A stretch of DNA of 63,017 bases, counting the filler, from Lenisia limosa (Eukaryota > Protista > Breviatea), in the NCBI GenBank assembly GCA_001655205.1. It is 12 parts of 12 records of this genome, joined end to end, with 100 filler letters (N's around TTAATTAATTAA, not from the genome) between each part and the next. Parts side by side here need not be neighbours in the genome. Positions count along the whole stretch, not along the records: positions 34,433 to 44,915 come from LPNZ01009886.1; positions 45,016 to 46,914 come from LPNZ01004017.1; positions 47,015 to 49,328 come from LPNZ01000147.1; positions 49,429 to 56,098 come from LPNZ01009088.1; 8 more parts are not named here. One strand, written 5' to 3'. Below the pieces are notes generated by a model. That model worked only from the letters and a program-made list of their open reading frames with translations. It had not been told where the DNA came from and did not search any database. The position numbers were made by a program, and so were the translations under genes. How positions within the stretch are numbered: position 1 is the stretch's first letter; every line of letters starts with the position of its first letter. This document shows, piece after piece, positions 37,787-49,560 of this stretch.

Positions 37787-40700
37787 CTATTCAATCGGAT
37801 CGGAGCCCTGGGAGCCCTGAAGCTTTTCTTCCGCCCTGCGGCACTGATCTTCAAGATCCTCTATTCGTGCTGCCTCATCCTGAAAGGGGGGGGGGGGGNN
37901 NNNNNNNNNNNNNNNNNNNNNNNNNNNNNNNNNNNNNNNNNNNNNNNNNNNNNNNNNNNNNNNNNNNNNNNNNNNNNNNNNNNNNNNNNNNNNNNNNNNN
38001 NNNNNNNNNNNNNNNNNNNNNNNNNNNNNNNNNNNNNNNNNNNNNNNNNNNNNNNNNNNNNNNNNNNNNNNNNNNNNNNNNNNNNNNNNNNNNNNNNNNN
38101 NNNNNNNNNNNNNNNNNNNNNNNNNNNNNNNNNNNNNNNNNNNNNNNNNNNNNNNNNNNNNNNNNNNNNNNNNNNNNNCATTTTTTGAACCTAAGTGAAG
38201 CCCCACCGACGCTACCTCAAACACTCGTAAAACTGCACTTTCCCCTCGCCTTCATACCTTATACGTGGCAGGCTCCTCCTCAAGGTCCACCATCACGCCG
38301 AAGGATCGGATTTTCTCCAGGGGAATGGACTTGATGACGTCATCAACGGACTCCTCCGTCCCGGGGATGGACACGTTGGAATGGTACTGTGTTGTCGCGG
38401 ATGTTGGTTCGGCGGCGTAGATGGAGGGCATGCTACTGGACCGGTCGCGGACCTACAGGTCAAAGGTGGAGTATTAATATTGCGGGCTCATAAAAAAATG
38501 GGCTGGTATTTAGTATCAGTAGTTAAACAAGGGATAAATGTGGTATTTTAAATAATAAAAAGGTCAATTGCTACTGACGTTTTCCAGAAAATGCCACCAC
38601 ATTTTAGACATATTGCGAGTTAAATGTCGGGAATGTGAGTCATGGATTATGTGGCAAAAGGAAACGTAAGAGAATGGGTGAACTCGAGTAATTAACAATG
38701 ATGTTTCGAGTTCGAGTTTTTTACTTCCAACGATATACTAACAAGAACCCTAAGATGGTGCAGATTCTGAGACAAAAATTATGATTGTGGTGAGTATCTA
38801 TTTCCAACCTTGGGGAGGAGGTTTAGCGGGGGCTTGGACGCAGAAGAGAAGAAGTCCGCCATTTTGGTGACACTGGCCAAAACGTCCGGGTTGGTCTGTG
38901 ATTGATACTCCTCCTTGTTGGAGGCAAACGAGGACATAGAGCCCGGCCTGGGAGGGAGGGGGGGGGNNNNNNNNNNNNNNNNNNNNNNNNNNNNNNNNNN
39001 NNNNNNNNNNNNNNNNNNNNNNGATAAAATGGATATGAAATCAGCTAAACGATAAATTTTAATGATAAATATCGGCGTAAATCACGAAACAAAAACTCTC
39101 CCTCTCCAACAGCGCAGAGTTGAGGGGGCAAAGCGGCGGGGACACTGGAGTTTGGAGGGAAAGGGTAGTTGGGGATAGGGGTTGACGGGGCTCAAACTAA
39201 AGGGTCAAAACTGCTCCTCTGAGAAGGAGAGGATGATTCCAAAATATACCAGGCAAAAGCCATCCAGACTATCATTTTGATAAGGAATACTGACGGTAGT
39301 ATCAGGCCAAATCCTTCATAATCATTTATAGGAGGCGGGAAAAGAATCGGTATCATACCGATTCATCTTCTGAAGCTGCTGAAAGATTCTCAAGGCTTGA
39401 CTGCGGGGAAAGCGGGGAGGGAGACTGAAAGGGGCCTTCAAACCCGTCAGAACTGGGGCCTCCAAGAGCCTGGAATAATTACTAAAAAGGGCAAATTTAT
39501 GAAACAACAAAAACCCAAAATCAACTCTTTTGGTTTATGAATAGAAAACACAATATGGTTGAAGAAAACAACAAATCAAACAAATCTCGGGGTTACGGGT
39601 AAATTGGAAAATTTATGAAACAAAAAAGCCCAAATGAAACATTTTCGAGCTAAAGGAGCCTCCAACCGCAAGAGCTGCTTCAGCCACGCTGGTATCCAAA
39701 TTATACTCTTTCATGTTGGAAATCAAAGAGGTTAAGGTTTTCCTTCTCTGGCTCTGCATTTCCTTTCGCTGTTCCTGAGAGTGTTACAATATATGGAAAT
39801 GAGATTGGAAGGGAAGTATTAGGCTGAAGTCGCCCTCATGTTTGTATGGGATACTAATTAAAGTATAATAAGTTGTGCCCAATCATTTTGTCGACAAAAA
39901 CAAAGTCAGTATTGAATTGTACTTCGATCATAGAAGGAGAGAGTATGTCTTTTTGAATAAAGTTATTCATATTAGAATGTCATTCTCAATAAAATCTTGT
40001 AAAATACAGATCAATTATGAATTCCCAGCTATGTTAACGGCAAACTATTCAGCACAGCCCGACCCAGGTACCTTGACACTGTTTCTTTCTCGGTTAACCA
40101 GTCGCACACGCTCTTCAACAACATCGACTTTTCTGTCATAGCTCTCAAACTTCTCAAGAGCGTCTGCTACTTCAGCTCCTNNNNNNNNNNNNNNNNNNNN
40201 NNNNNNNNNNNNNNNNNNNNNNNNNNNNNNNNNNNNNNNNNNNNNNNNNNNNNNNNNNNNNNNNNNNNNNNNNNNNNNNNNNNNNNNNNNNNNNNNNNNN
40301 NNNNNNNNNNNNNNNNNNNNNNCGTCACCTTCTGCGCCTTATACGGTTCCAACTTCTGCTGCTCCAAGTCTGTGTGAACCTCGTGCATCATTCGCACCTG
40401 TTGGTAAGTTCAGATAGTGTTTATACGTATTCCTTCAGTACTTCGCTTCATAACCAGTGCATCCCTACGATCAAACAATAAAATTCGAATATCTAGGACG
40501 TATTTGGGCCTGAAAAAAACCCGTATAACATCTACTACTTTCCATGCTGTCGGGATATCCTAACCTTATCATCATACAGTATATCATATTAGATAGTTAG
40601 AGAGATGAAAAAATATAACAACGTTGTATCTGACAAAAGCCGTCACGCTTAGGGCTTCACTTTGATCCAGAAAATGGCTGAATTTCTCGATAAACATCGC

Positions 40701-41421
40701 TATGTTTCACTAGTTTACTGATCTTTTTCGTACACGAGTGAAGCCCTAATCATAGCGATTCCCAACGTCATCCCAAAAAACAATAATTCCGAAACCTCAC
40801 TGCATCCTCTCTGCTTGCAATGGCCTTGTCTAAGAGCTACAAAATTAAGAGAGGGATAAAATGCAACAATTAAGAAGGGGAAACGCAACGATTGACGAAG
40901 AAAAGATGTAGAAGGGGTAAAGTGCTAAGAAATTCAATCTCTCAATCCCCTTACCGCTTGGCGATCTATAGCTGCTTGTTGCAGGTCGTATACCCGGTTC
41001 CCTCTTTCAAAATCATGCTAAAAAAATAATAACTACAATTTCATTGTTACCTCTTCAACATCCTCTTCTTTGACTGGGCCTGTATACTTCTCAACAAAGC
41101 TGTTGATCTTCTTCTTCTTTTCGCGCTCTCTTGGGGAGAGAGAAGAAGGCTTTGTACTTTGAGCTCCAATATGCTCCTTATTCGTAATTTGGGGTTGTTT
41201 TGAAGGCGAAGGAGCAGGGGAAAGCTCCAGGGAGATTTCCTTTCTCAGAGATTTCTTTGCCTTAGCCGCATCCTTGAGCCTTCTTCGTCTCCTTTGAATG
41301 ATATCATCAGAAGAAGCATCAGAGCGGGCGAAGGAGTGCCTCTTCGTGTGTAAACACTGCCATTCATTGAGGATTGGAGACGTGTCAGGGAGGGCTGCAG
41401 TCTGTGGCATTCTTTGTCCTG
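37787..41421 (-). CDS. Hypothetical coiled-coil / low-complexity protein
   Basis: About 10 minus exons, including the 146-aa ORF region (DDIIQRRRRRLKDAAKAKK...), HDFERGNRVYDLQQAAIDRQA, AEVADALEKFESYDRKVDVVEERVRLVNREKQ, EQRKEMQSQRRKTLTSLISNMKEY and terminal DEAARIEDLEDQCRRAEEKLQGSQGSDPIE*. Confidence 0.65.
40650..40748. mobile_element. MITE family A copy abutting a family C element
   Basis: TAGGGCTTCACTTTG ... GAGTGAAGCCCTA. Confidence 0.75.
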
Positions 41422-42093
41422 CTACTTTAGCGCATAATAAGACGTTTAAACCCAATGTTTCAATATATGTCAAGAATTAACTCTAATGCGGTTAGAATGC
41501 GGGAATACGGTTGGTTTGTTGATAATTTTAAACGTCCGCCACCGCCACACGCCACCACCCCATTGCACTTTTGTCATATTTTATTTTCAACTTTTTATTT
41601 TCATGTGAGGTTTTTAGTTATAGGCGCAATTCTAATGTTTAATTTTCCGATAGTTTGACTGCTCAATCTCGCTGGTGGTTTTTGAGGTGTGTTGGCGTTT
41701 GTCTTATTTTGTTGTTGTTTTTTTATTATTATTTCATATGTTAGTATTAGCACTCATTTCGACTCAACAGTGAGCAATGGTCTTGTCATCTGACTCTTAT
41801 TATTGCAGTGGTGTATATTCTTACTCGGGTTATATATGAGGAAATCTAATTTACCGTTATAAAACCAGGTCAGGGCCTATTTCTTTGTTTAAGGTTGCAG
41901 TAATATTGGTGACTCTTCTTTTCTGAACAGGGAATTGGCTCATTTTAGTTACACTATCTTCTTAGCATAACTGTGTTAATATAGCGAATGGGTCACAACC
42001 AGTATCTAAGATATTTTTACTGCATATTATCATCATCATAATATGAACCTATCCTCTCATGAAAGCTTGAAGATAACCATCACAGTACCCGCC

Positions 42094-44676
42094 ATGAGCC
42101 TCCCGAAGCCAACAGGGTTACAACGACCCACATCATGGTCTCCTGCAGTTGAAAACGGTGGCTGGCGATTGTAATAATATGACCTAATACTAGTAACAGT
42201 ATGACCCCCCCCCCCCNNNNNNNNNNNNNNNNNNNNNNNNNNNNNNNNNNNNNNNNNNNNNNNNNNNNNNNNNNNNNNNNNNNNNNNNNNNNNNNNNNNN
42301 NNNNNNNNNNNNNNNNNNNNNNNTAATCAAATCTGAAGGGGAGGTATCCATCCCAGCATTTCATCACTGGCCTGAGCTTTGTTTGTTTTGTTGTTATTAA
42401 CCCTCGTGTGTTGGTAGCCAACAGAGTTGATTATGGGCTTTTTTGTTTCATAATTTTTCCAATTTTACTCCCTCCCCCCGTAACCCCCCAGCATTTCGCC
42501 TTCAGTCCTCAGGATGGAGAGACATGGTTGAATACCAACATTCCGCAACTGTTGCAATTGAGTATTGGCCCCCTTCTGATGAGGGGGTTGAACCCTTTAT
42601 TAGAAAATGCCAAGTTAGAGGGGGTGGGAATTTGTTGTAAAAGTTGAAGGGGGTGGACCACTTATAGAAACTTTCAAGTCACAATGGCTATCACCTCCGT
42701 CCCACACAATTAGGACACAATTAGGACGTCACTTCAATCAAAAACGACTACAATATCGATAGTTTTTTGGCAATTTTTCGAGGAATTCAGTCTTTTCTCG
42801 GAACAAAGTGAAAGCTTTTTTTTGTGCAGTTAAGTCTCAATTGAACCCAGGCTCATAAAGATCTGGCTCACAATTTAGTCAAAACCATCGAGGGCAGGCC
42901 AACAGCCAGGGTGGCAGTACTTCAGCAAGGCAAGGGATTGCCCTTCAAATTTGCTGCGCCAAATCAAAATATATTCATACGGTGGGGATGCAATGTGTTT
43001 CAAATCAAAATATGTTCATACAGTGGGGATGCAAGGTGTTTCATACAGTGGGGATGCAAGGTGTTTCATGCAGTGGGGATGCAAGGTGTTTCATACAGTG
43101 GGGATGCAAGGTGTTTGTGGGGATGCAAGGTGTTTGTGGAGATGCAAGGTGTTTGTGGGGATGCAAGGTGTCTGTGGGGATGCAAGGTGTTTGTGGGGAT
43201 GCAAGTGGGGTACATAACATATCATATAGTATGTAGACTTGTGGGTATTGGACAGTATTGTCTTCCTCTGAAAAGCGTGATGGTGTGGACGGCAGATATA
43301 TTCGGAGATGGGACGACATAGTGACTTATCACCTACAGACGCCAAGCCAACACAACCTGGTATGAAGCCCCTAGCTGCTTCCAGCAAATCCCAGAAGCCT
43401 CACATTCCTTCCTCCAAAACCAGTGGGGTGTTCGATATCCACAAGGGTTATGATTGTATATAATAACATATATTTACCTTCCATCCAGCATCGTCAAGTA
43501 GGCCTATTTCCGGCACCAGAAAGGCCACGTCATCATTGTCATCCTTACCCAAACGTCCAATTTCAGGAACACGCAGAACCGTTGGGGGGAGGTGTAGGTA
43601 TCTGTGACCTTTAGACTTAGCACTTTATAATAGACTGACTTATGAATACTCTTTATTAATACTCCAGGCTTCAGCAGCAAAACCCTCTTCCGCTGAAGCC
43701 ACAGGTAAAGCATCACCCCTCTCATCTATGAACACCCCATGTCGTATTTTGTGAAAGCAAGATAATCCATTTTAGATCTCAATCCTTTCTAAGGATACTC
43801 ATCCTTTCTCAATCCTTTCTAATTGCCTATCAGCCAAGCCCAAGACAAAGACAATGGAATCTAAGCCTGATCCCAAAAGTGGGCACTCTGTCGTGGTTGA
43901 CGGTTTTCTCGTTTGCATATCATATTGTTTAATATTTAATACTATTCATAAATCTAATCGTAAGGCAAATAATTGGGAGAAATGATATCATATGTATTCA
44001 TTTAATATCTAGGGCTTCTACTGCCCAGAAATTAATGTATAAAAATCGATATTTGTCGAGGATTCATCGAGATTCAGTCTTTTTGGGGCCGAGGAAGATC
44101 TTTTTGTAGACCATTTAATGCGATGTTTCTTACAACATGTTACACCCTAGGAAAGCCTGCCAGCGGTCCTCATTGGGGTACTTCATCATCAATTTCTGCG
44201 TGGGGGGGGGNNNNNNNNNNNNNNNNNNNNNNNNNNNNNNNNNNNNNNNNNNNNNNNNNNNNNNNNNNNNNNNNNNNTGTGAGCAGGCAATAGGAATAAC
44301 CAATAAAAACATCATATTCAACGCAGCAACAACAATAGCAACAATAACAACAACAGCAACAACAATAACAAACCCTACAGAAAGCCATCGAATCGACGAG
44401 TAGTCCGCAGTGGGAGCAGCTCAAGGATTGCGAGCGGTCTCACTAAGGCGGCTTCTAAGCCCCAGAAGGAGCCTGTTAAACCAGGTGGTCAAAAAAAAAC
44501 AACATTTTGTATTTGACATATTGGTAGCTATATCATATTTACTGTGAGCATATGATATGAGTAGTTTATTTGGTCTTTGGACTTATTTAAAAAATGGAAA
44601 GAAGGAAATAAGTGTCATTTTTACGATGTAGAAGCCCCAACCAAGGCAGCTGAACCCCCGCAACCTTCAAAAAATG
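42094..44676 (+). CDS. MEIG1: MEIG1-domain protein with a long Ser/Lys/Pro-rich C-terminal tail
   Basis: Exon 1 (42094-42157) joined to exon 2 (from 42492) gives MSLPKPTGLQRPTSWSPAVENAFRLQSSGWRDMVEYQHSATVAIEYWP...FIRKCQ, matching MEIG1 (W...ENLYRFQQAGYRDETEY...RWP...VKKLQ). Later exons are low-complexity (SSRPISGTRK, KRPISGTRR, KAASKPQKEPVKP). Confidence 0.75.
42366..42491 (+). repeat. Family D repeat ending at the MEIG1 exon-2 acceptor
   Basis: ACTGGCCTGAGCTTTGTTTG...GCCAACAGAGTTGATT...GTTTCATAATTTTTCCAATTTTACTCCC...CCCCCCAG. Confidence 0.8.
42961..43210. repeat. Intronic G-rich minisatellite; core GTGGGGATGCAAGGTGTTT (19 nt) with 25- and 41-nt variants
   Basis: About 10 successive GTGGGGATGCAA cores. 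Confidence 0.9.
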
Positions 44677-44842
44677 GTGGGTTATTTATACCCTATATTT
44701 CTTCAGTATTATAATAAATGATATTAAAATAATATACAATTATATTGCGACTCTACGTATTATGAAGAAAACGCTTTGAGGCATCTAAATTATTAATTTC
44801 TTGAAACTATTAAATACATGAATTTCTCATGGTATTTGAGAT

Positions 44843-44915
44843 CTCCAAGTCCCCCTCATCTTAACCCTCCAAGTCCCCCTCATCTAAACCCTCCAGTCCC
44901 CCTCATCTAAACCCT
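44843..44915. repeat. Tandem repeat, ~24-nt unit CTCCAAGTCCCCCTCATCTAAACC x3
   Basis: Direct reading; runs into the spacer. Confidence 0.85.
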
Positions 44916-45599
44916 NNNNNNNNNNNNNNNNNNNNNNNNNNNNNNNNNNNNNNNNNNNNTTAATTAATTAANNNNNNNNNNNNNNNNNNNNNNNNNNNNN
45001 NNNNNNNNNNNNNNNTCTACCTCTTCCTCCCACTAAACAGTTAGTATGTAATCTGATTATAAGGTATCAATATCCGCTTGTTATAGCTTTAGTATGTTGT
45101 GAATTTAAGGTCAATATATCATATACTATAATATATGAATTATGATAAGTATTATTTCAGAAATTTGCCACCCCCCTCCCTCCAAACTCTTGAATCAGCG
45201 CTATTCGTGTTTAGTCCAAAGATGGACATGTCTAAAAATGGTCACAGAAGAAAAAGGGAATTGAATAATCACGCTATTGTTTGATTATTGCTCAAGGTGA
45301 GGGAAGATAAAGGGAAGTGAATAAGTAATTACTCTCTTGTTGATGAGCATATGATATGGAAAAATGGCAATGCTCTCCTATTTCTACAGTTTCTGTGCGG
45401 CTACAAGATAAAGCACCCCCGAAAAGATAACAGGGTCGAAAACACACGAAAAAAAGTCAACATTATTTACATCGCATATAAAATAAAGAAAAAAAAAAGG
45501 GGGGATATTAACAAGAAGCCACTAAATGTTTACCAAATGTTACTACATGTATGTACATAGGTTAAAAACACACAAACATGAAACCTCTGAAAAGCTTAC

Positions 45600-46914
45600 C
45601 AACAGGGTTGCCATCAGGATCATACATGACCTTGCCCCCTCCAATGGGTTTATCATCATGTCCACCCCCTCCTATTGGACGTTCGTCGATGGATGGCTTT
45701 TTCGGGCCTCCTGGGGGGGGGGNNNNNNNNNNNNNNNNNNNNNNNNNNNNNNNNNNNNNNNNNNNNNNNNNNNNNNNNNNNNNNNNNNNNNNNNNTAATC
45801 TGAAACTCCAAAAAAAAGGAAAAAAAAACGAATCAAGAACACGGGGTGTAAAAATAGAAAATTTCTGAAACAAGTCCGTTGGCAAAGCATTTCGGTAACA
45901 AAGCTTCTCATAACTCTTAATAATATCACGTTGGGGGATACTGACTATGCAGGTGTGTGTGTGTGTAAAAAAAACAAAACAGAACACAATAGAGAGGGGG
46001 GGGGGGGGGNNNNNNNNNNNNNNNNNNNNNNNNNNNNNNNNNNNNNNNNNNNNNNNNNNNNNNNNNNNGGAAATTTTATGAACCTTACCTATAGGCCTTT
46101 CATCATGGGCAACAGACTGGGTTTTGGCTGGACGTCCTTCCGGTTTTCCCAGTCTTTCTGTGGGGAAAGTTAAGTGATGAAAAAAAAACTGGAGTCCCAC
46201 AATAAAGAAATAGGACATAGGAGTACTTTCAATAGTAACAAATACAACATGGGGGTACAACCATATCAAATTATGAGGAAATAAACATATTAGGAGTATT
46301 ACATCAATATATATACGTAGTACATGTATTTTATAAAAAAACCAAGAGTACATGCGGACAACAACAATTAAGGAATCAAAGAATAAACATATGAATGAAT
46401 AAATAGAAAATGGGAATAACCCACAACAATAAATACAATATTAATAGAACATGGGGATGCCTACCAGCCGGCTTTGGCGTTGCCACTTCTCGGGTCTTAG
46501 CTGCGAAGGTTAAACCCAGGGTTGTCAAATAGTACAACAGCGCTTTGTAGGAGCAATAATATACGCTATTATATCAACAAAGTGTGGCATAATGGTATGC
46601 GTGCGGTATGTCGTATCATACGTGCTGTATAGCAATGAGAAATAAAAAATAAGGTTGTATCTGGCCTAAGCAGTCAACACCAGTATAATATACTTGTATT
46701 GTTTTAACACCACAAACATTCCACCACCAACAGCTACCGAACATCATTCACTGTTACATTTGCATGTACAGTAACCGGGATAAGTTTTGACCGATTTGCT
46801 CAATGATTTCCCAATGAAAATCGGTCAAGACTTATTCGGTCACTGTATATCCCTCCACCCTACAACTCAATGGGCGTCTCTGCACTTCAGGGGTGCCTGG
46901 TTTGGCCGTTCGCT
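45600..46914 (-). CDS. Fragment of a low-complexity protein with repeated D[ED][RK]PIG motifs
   Basis: Exons ...SVAHDERPI-G and GGPKKPSIDERPIGGGGHDDKPIGGGKVMYDPDGNPV, both with GTAAG donors. Confidence 0.5.
46769..46845. mobile_element. MITE family B copy (CAGTG-type TIR, TA flanks)
   Basis: TA-CAGTAACCGGGATAAGTTTTGACCGATTT ... AAATCGGTCAAGACTTATTCGGTCACTG-TA. Confidence 0.85.
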
Positions 46915-47481
46915 NNNNNNNNNNNNNNNNNNNNNNNNNNNNNNNNNNNNNNNNNNNNTTAATTAATTAANNNNNNNNNNNNNNNNNNNNNNNNNNNNNN
47001 NNNNNNNNNNNNNNCCCCCCCCCCTCACTATCTGAAAGAATGGTTGCAAACTCAGGGTGGGGCGGGAGCTGAAAGCCGGAAGGCACAAACGCAGAACCCA
47101 CTAAAAAAAGTGTTAAAAAGGATCTAGAGATCAATAAATTGTGCATATTAGAAACGTTAAACACCCAATCATTTGCCTTAAAACTCTGTGTATACAGCTT
47201 TTTGCAAACCTCCCCAGTATATCCAATATCTCTTATCAGCATGATGGTGTGAGCCAGATACTACCTTGTTTTATTTCTCATCTCTACATACGATTTTGAC
47301 TGGCACGCCGAAAGCTGTGTGCACAGAGTTGTAAGGCAAATGATTAGGTGATTTAATATCACTCCATTATCTGTCTTCTCACTCATTTACCCCACCCCCC
47401 AACCGCATAGTAGACAATAGTTCGCCTCTGTCACCGCTTTTGCTGCCTTCAGATAGCTGGGAAGTAATGACAATGTTTAGA

Positions 47482-47613
47482 TAGGGATTACGTACGGTCC
47501 GAAAAAGACCGTGAAATATCAATATTTATCCAAGATTTATCGAAGATTAATCAATATCAAGGAGTTGATTTATCGAGAGTTTCAGTCATTATTGGGACCG
47601 TAGGGAAGCCCTA
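47482..47613. mobile_element. MITE family A copy
   Basis: TAGGGATTACGTACGGTCCGAAAAAGAC ... GGACCGTAGGGAAGCCCTA. Confidence 0.8.
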
Positions 47614-47970
47614 TTTGTTGCGCGTTGTGTTAATGGGGATAAAGGAGAGGTGGGGGGTTGGTAAAACGAAGGAAATAGCTTGAAGGTAAAGGCAACTGTG
47701 AAACATAGAGCGACCGGGATAAGTCTTGACCGATTTACTATGTGATTTCCCAGGGAATGCTATACGTGTATTAAATAAAACTCATATCAAACTATCGACA
47801 ACAAGTTATATAAAACAAGAAACAGCATGATTGATTATTATCAAAGGTTCCAACCATAAATGAGAGTTTTGAATACAAAATAAGAAACAACATGATCGAT
47901 TATCAACGATTCAAATGATTCGGTAAATGATAAAAGCGTTCTGAATATAAAACATAAAAAACAACCCACA

Positions 47971-48045
47971 ACAAGTGAGTATATAAAACAACCAAAAACA
48001 AGTGAGTATATAAAACAACCAAAAACAAGTGAGTATATAAAACAA
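47971..48045. repeat. Tandem repeat, 27-nt unit ACAAGTGAGTATATAAAACAACCAAAA x~3
   Basis: Direct reading. Confidence 0.85.
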
Positions 48046-48516
48046 GCAACAACAGAGTAAATAAAATAATAACGCTAACCTTTCACACATGATAGCGTAT
48101 TCAATATGACAAATGGTGATTGACTCAATATTACCATAAAACAGGATCGGCTCACGCTTCGTCGGTAGTCGTCATGCTTCCATCTGCGCCTCTACCATCG
48201 CTGCTCCGTCCATCTACGTATACGCATTAAATCTTTAAATCTTTTCTAAAGGTAAAGAGGCGTAGAGGCCGAGAACACAGAATTTCAAATTGAAATGCGA
48301 TTTCGGTTGCCTGAACTTTTGAGTAATTTCGCCCTGACACTCCTTGCCATGTGTGGTGGGTGCGGTGTGTGAACGTGTCCAGTGGTTCAGAGTAAATTTT
48401 TAAAATCATAAAACTCCTTTATTGTACCTGATTTAGGTCGGACTTGTGACATTAAAGACGTAAAGGGAAGACCCACGGATTGAATCTTTGAGATCATATA
48501 GCTCTTCTGCCTTATA

Positions 48517-48749
48517 ATGGCCTGGGGAGCCCAGGGATGGGGTATCCCAACGCCAGCTCCGTCATCGAGGACGGTAGCTCCAGCTAGAGGTGCCTATGGC
48601 GGAAGCATTAGACCTTCATTCGGTCGTGGAGCCTCGTCTATGGGCCGTGGAGGCTACGGAGGACGTAGAGGAATGAGCTTCAGAGGCGGAGGAATGACGA
48701 GAGGAGGTCGTGGCGGGAGAGGAGGCCGTGGAAGCGCTCGTCGCAAGAG
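48517..48749 (+). CDS. First exon of an RGG/GAR-rich protein
   Basis: ataATGG start; MAWGAQGWG...GRGGYGGRRGMSFRGGGMTRGGRGGRGGRGSARRK; donor at 48750. Downstream exons not identified. Confidence 0.55.
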
Positions 48750-49428
48750 GTTTGCAGCTGCTTTCGTGTGTTTCAAGATGATAAAGCTGAGAAGAGCGAG
48801 GCTTTGCCCCAGATGGACTTTCCTTGCTTTTGTCTTCAGATCATATTATCTTATTTAATCGGCTATTCAAGCGTTAATCATGTCAGTCAATTTGGTATTT
48901 CTTTGTTTTGGTGTTATGATCTTCTGAAAAGGAGACTCGTTTCACAAATTTTATTTCACTTGAGCAATCCCCTTAATGGTAGGGGACATAATCGTTTGGC
49001 TACCTGATAAACTTGATTGTGTGTAAACGGCTTTATTTCTCTTCCCTGGTAAACTTGAAAACTGCTTTCAACAGTATTTTAATTTTCCATCCAATATCTC
49101 TCATAGGTTGAAATACCTTATTTTATTTCGCATTAATAACATCAAATGTGGTTTACCTTCTGGGGAGGTGATACTGTCATCAGTGTTCTTCTGATAACAA
49201 CACAATTTAATACTTCTACATTTGCCAACAGGGGTGTTACAAGAAATTCTTTGACGTTAGAGCTGTACCTTTCCCATGTCTTACCCCTCACTCACACACT
49301 AGAGTTGATTCTGCGTTTTTTTTTTGTTNNNNNNNNNNNNNNNNNNNNNNNNNNNNNNNNNNNNNNNNNNNNTTAATTAATTAANNNNNNNNNNNNNNNN
49401 NNNNNNNNNNNNNNNNNNNNNNNNNNNN

Positions 49429-49560
49429 TGAAAGCATACTCCAATATCCCCCAACAGTGGTGAAAGCATACTCCAATATCCCCCAACAATGGTGATGGCA
49501 TACTCCAATATCCCCCAACAATGGTGAAAGCATACTCCAATATCCCCCAACAGTGGTAAA
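49429..49560. repeat. Tandem repeat, 32-nt unit x4, spanning a copine donor site
   Basis: TGAAAGCATACTCCAATATCCCCCAACAGTGG repeated. Confidence 0.9.

Noticed and set aside
42090-42170. Minus-strand TAGDHDVG resembling a metallophosphoesterase motif
   Set aside because: It is antisense to MEIG1 exon 1, which splices in frame to a matching exon 2.
42911-43387. Six overlapping repetitive ORFs (GDARCLWGCKVFVGMQGVC...)
   Set aside because: They are by-products of a stop-free 19-nt minisatellite that is open in many frames inside an intron.
34433-44915. NEK plus MEIG1 as a ciliary gene cluster
   Set aside because: Two genes separated by an unrelated gene is weak evidence; kept only as a lifestyle clue.
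47971-48045. 27-nt repeat containing AAGTGAGT as another junction-spanning duplication
   Set aside because: The nearby candidate exons appear to be on the minus strand, so the plus-strand donor-like word is probably coincidental.
48670-48749. GAR1 or fibrillarin call from the internal MSFRGGG
   Set aside because: The motif is internal to a longer ORF and no GAR1 or fibrillarin core follows. Left as a generic RGG exon.
49429-49560. CRISPR-like array (also considered for 57235-57350 and 60551-60650)
   Set aside because: The 49429 and 60551 units are head-to-tail without unique spacers. The 57235 case has only three short degenerate copies. The context is eukaryotic introns, with no cas genes.
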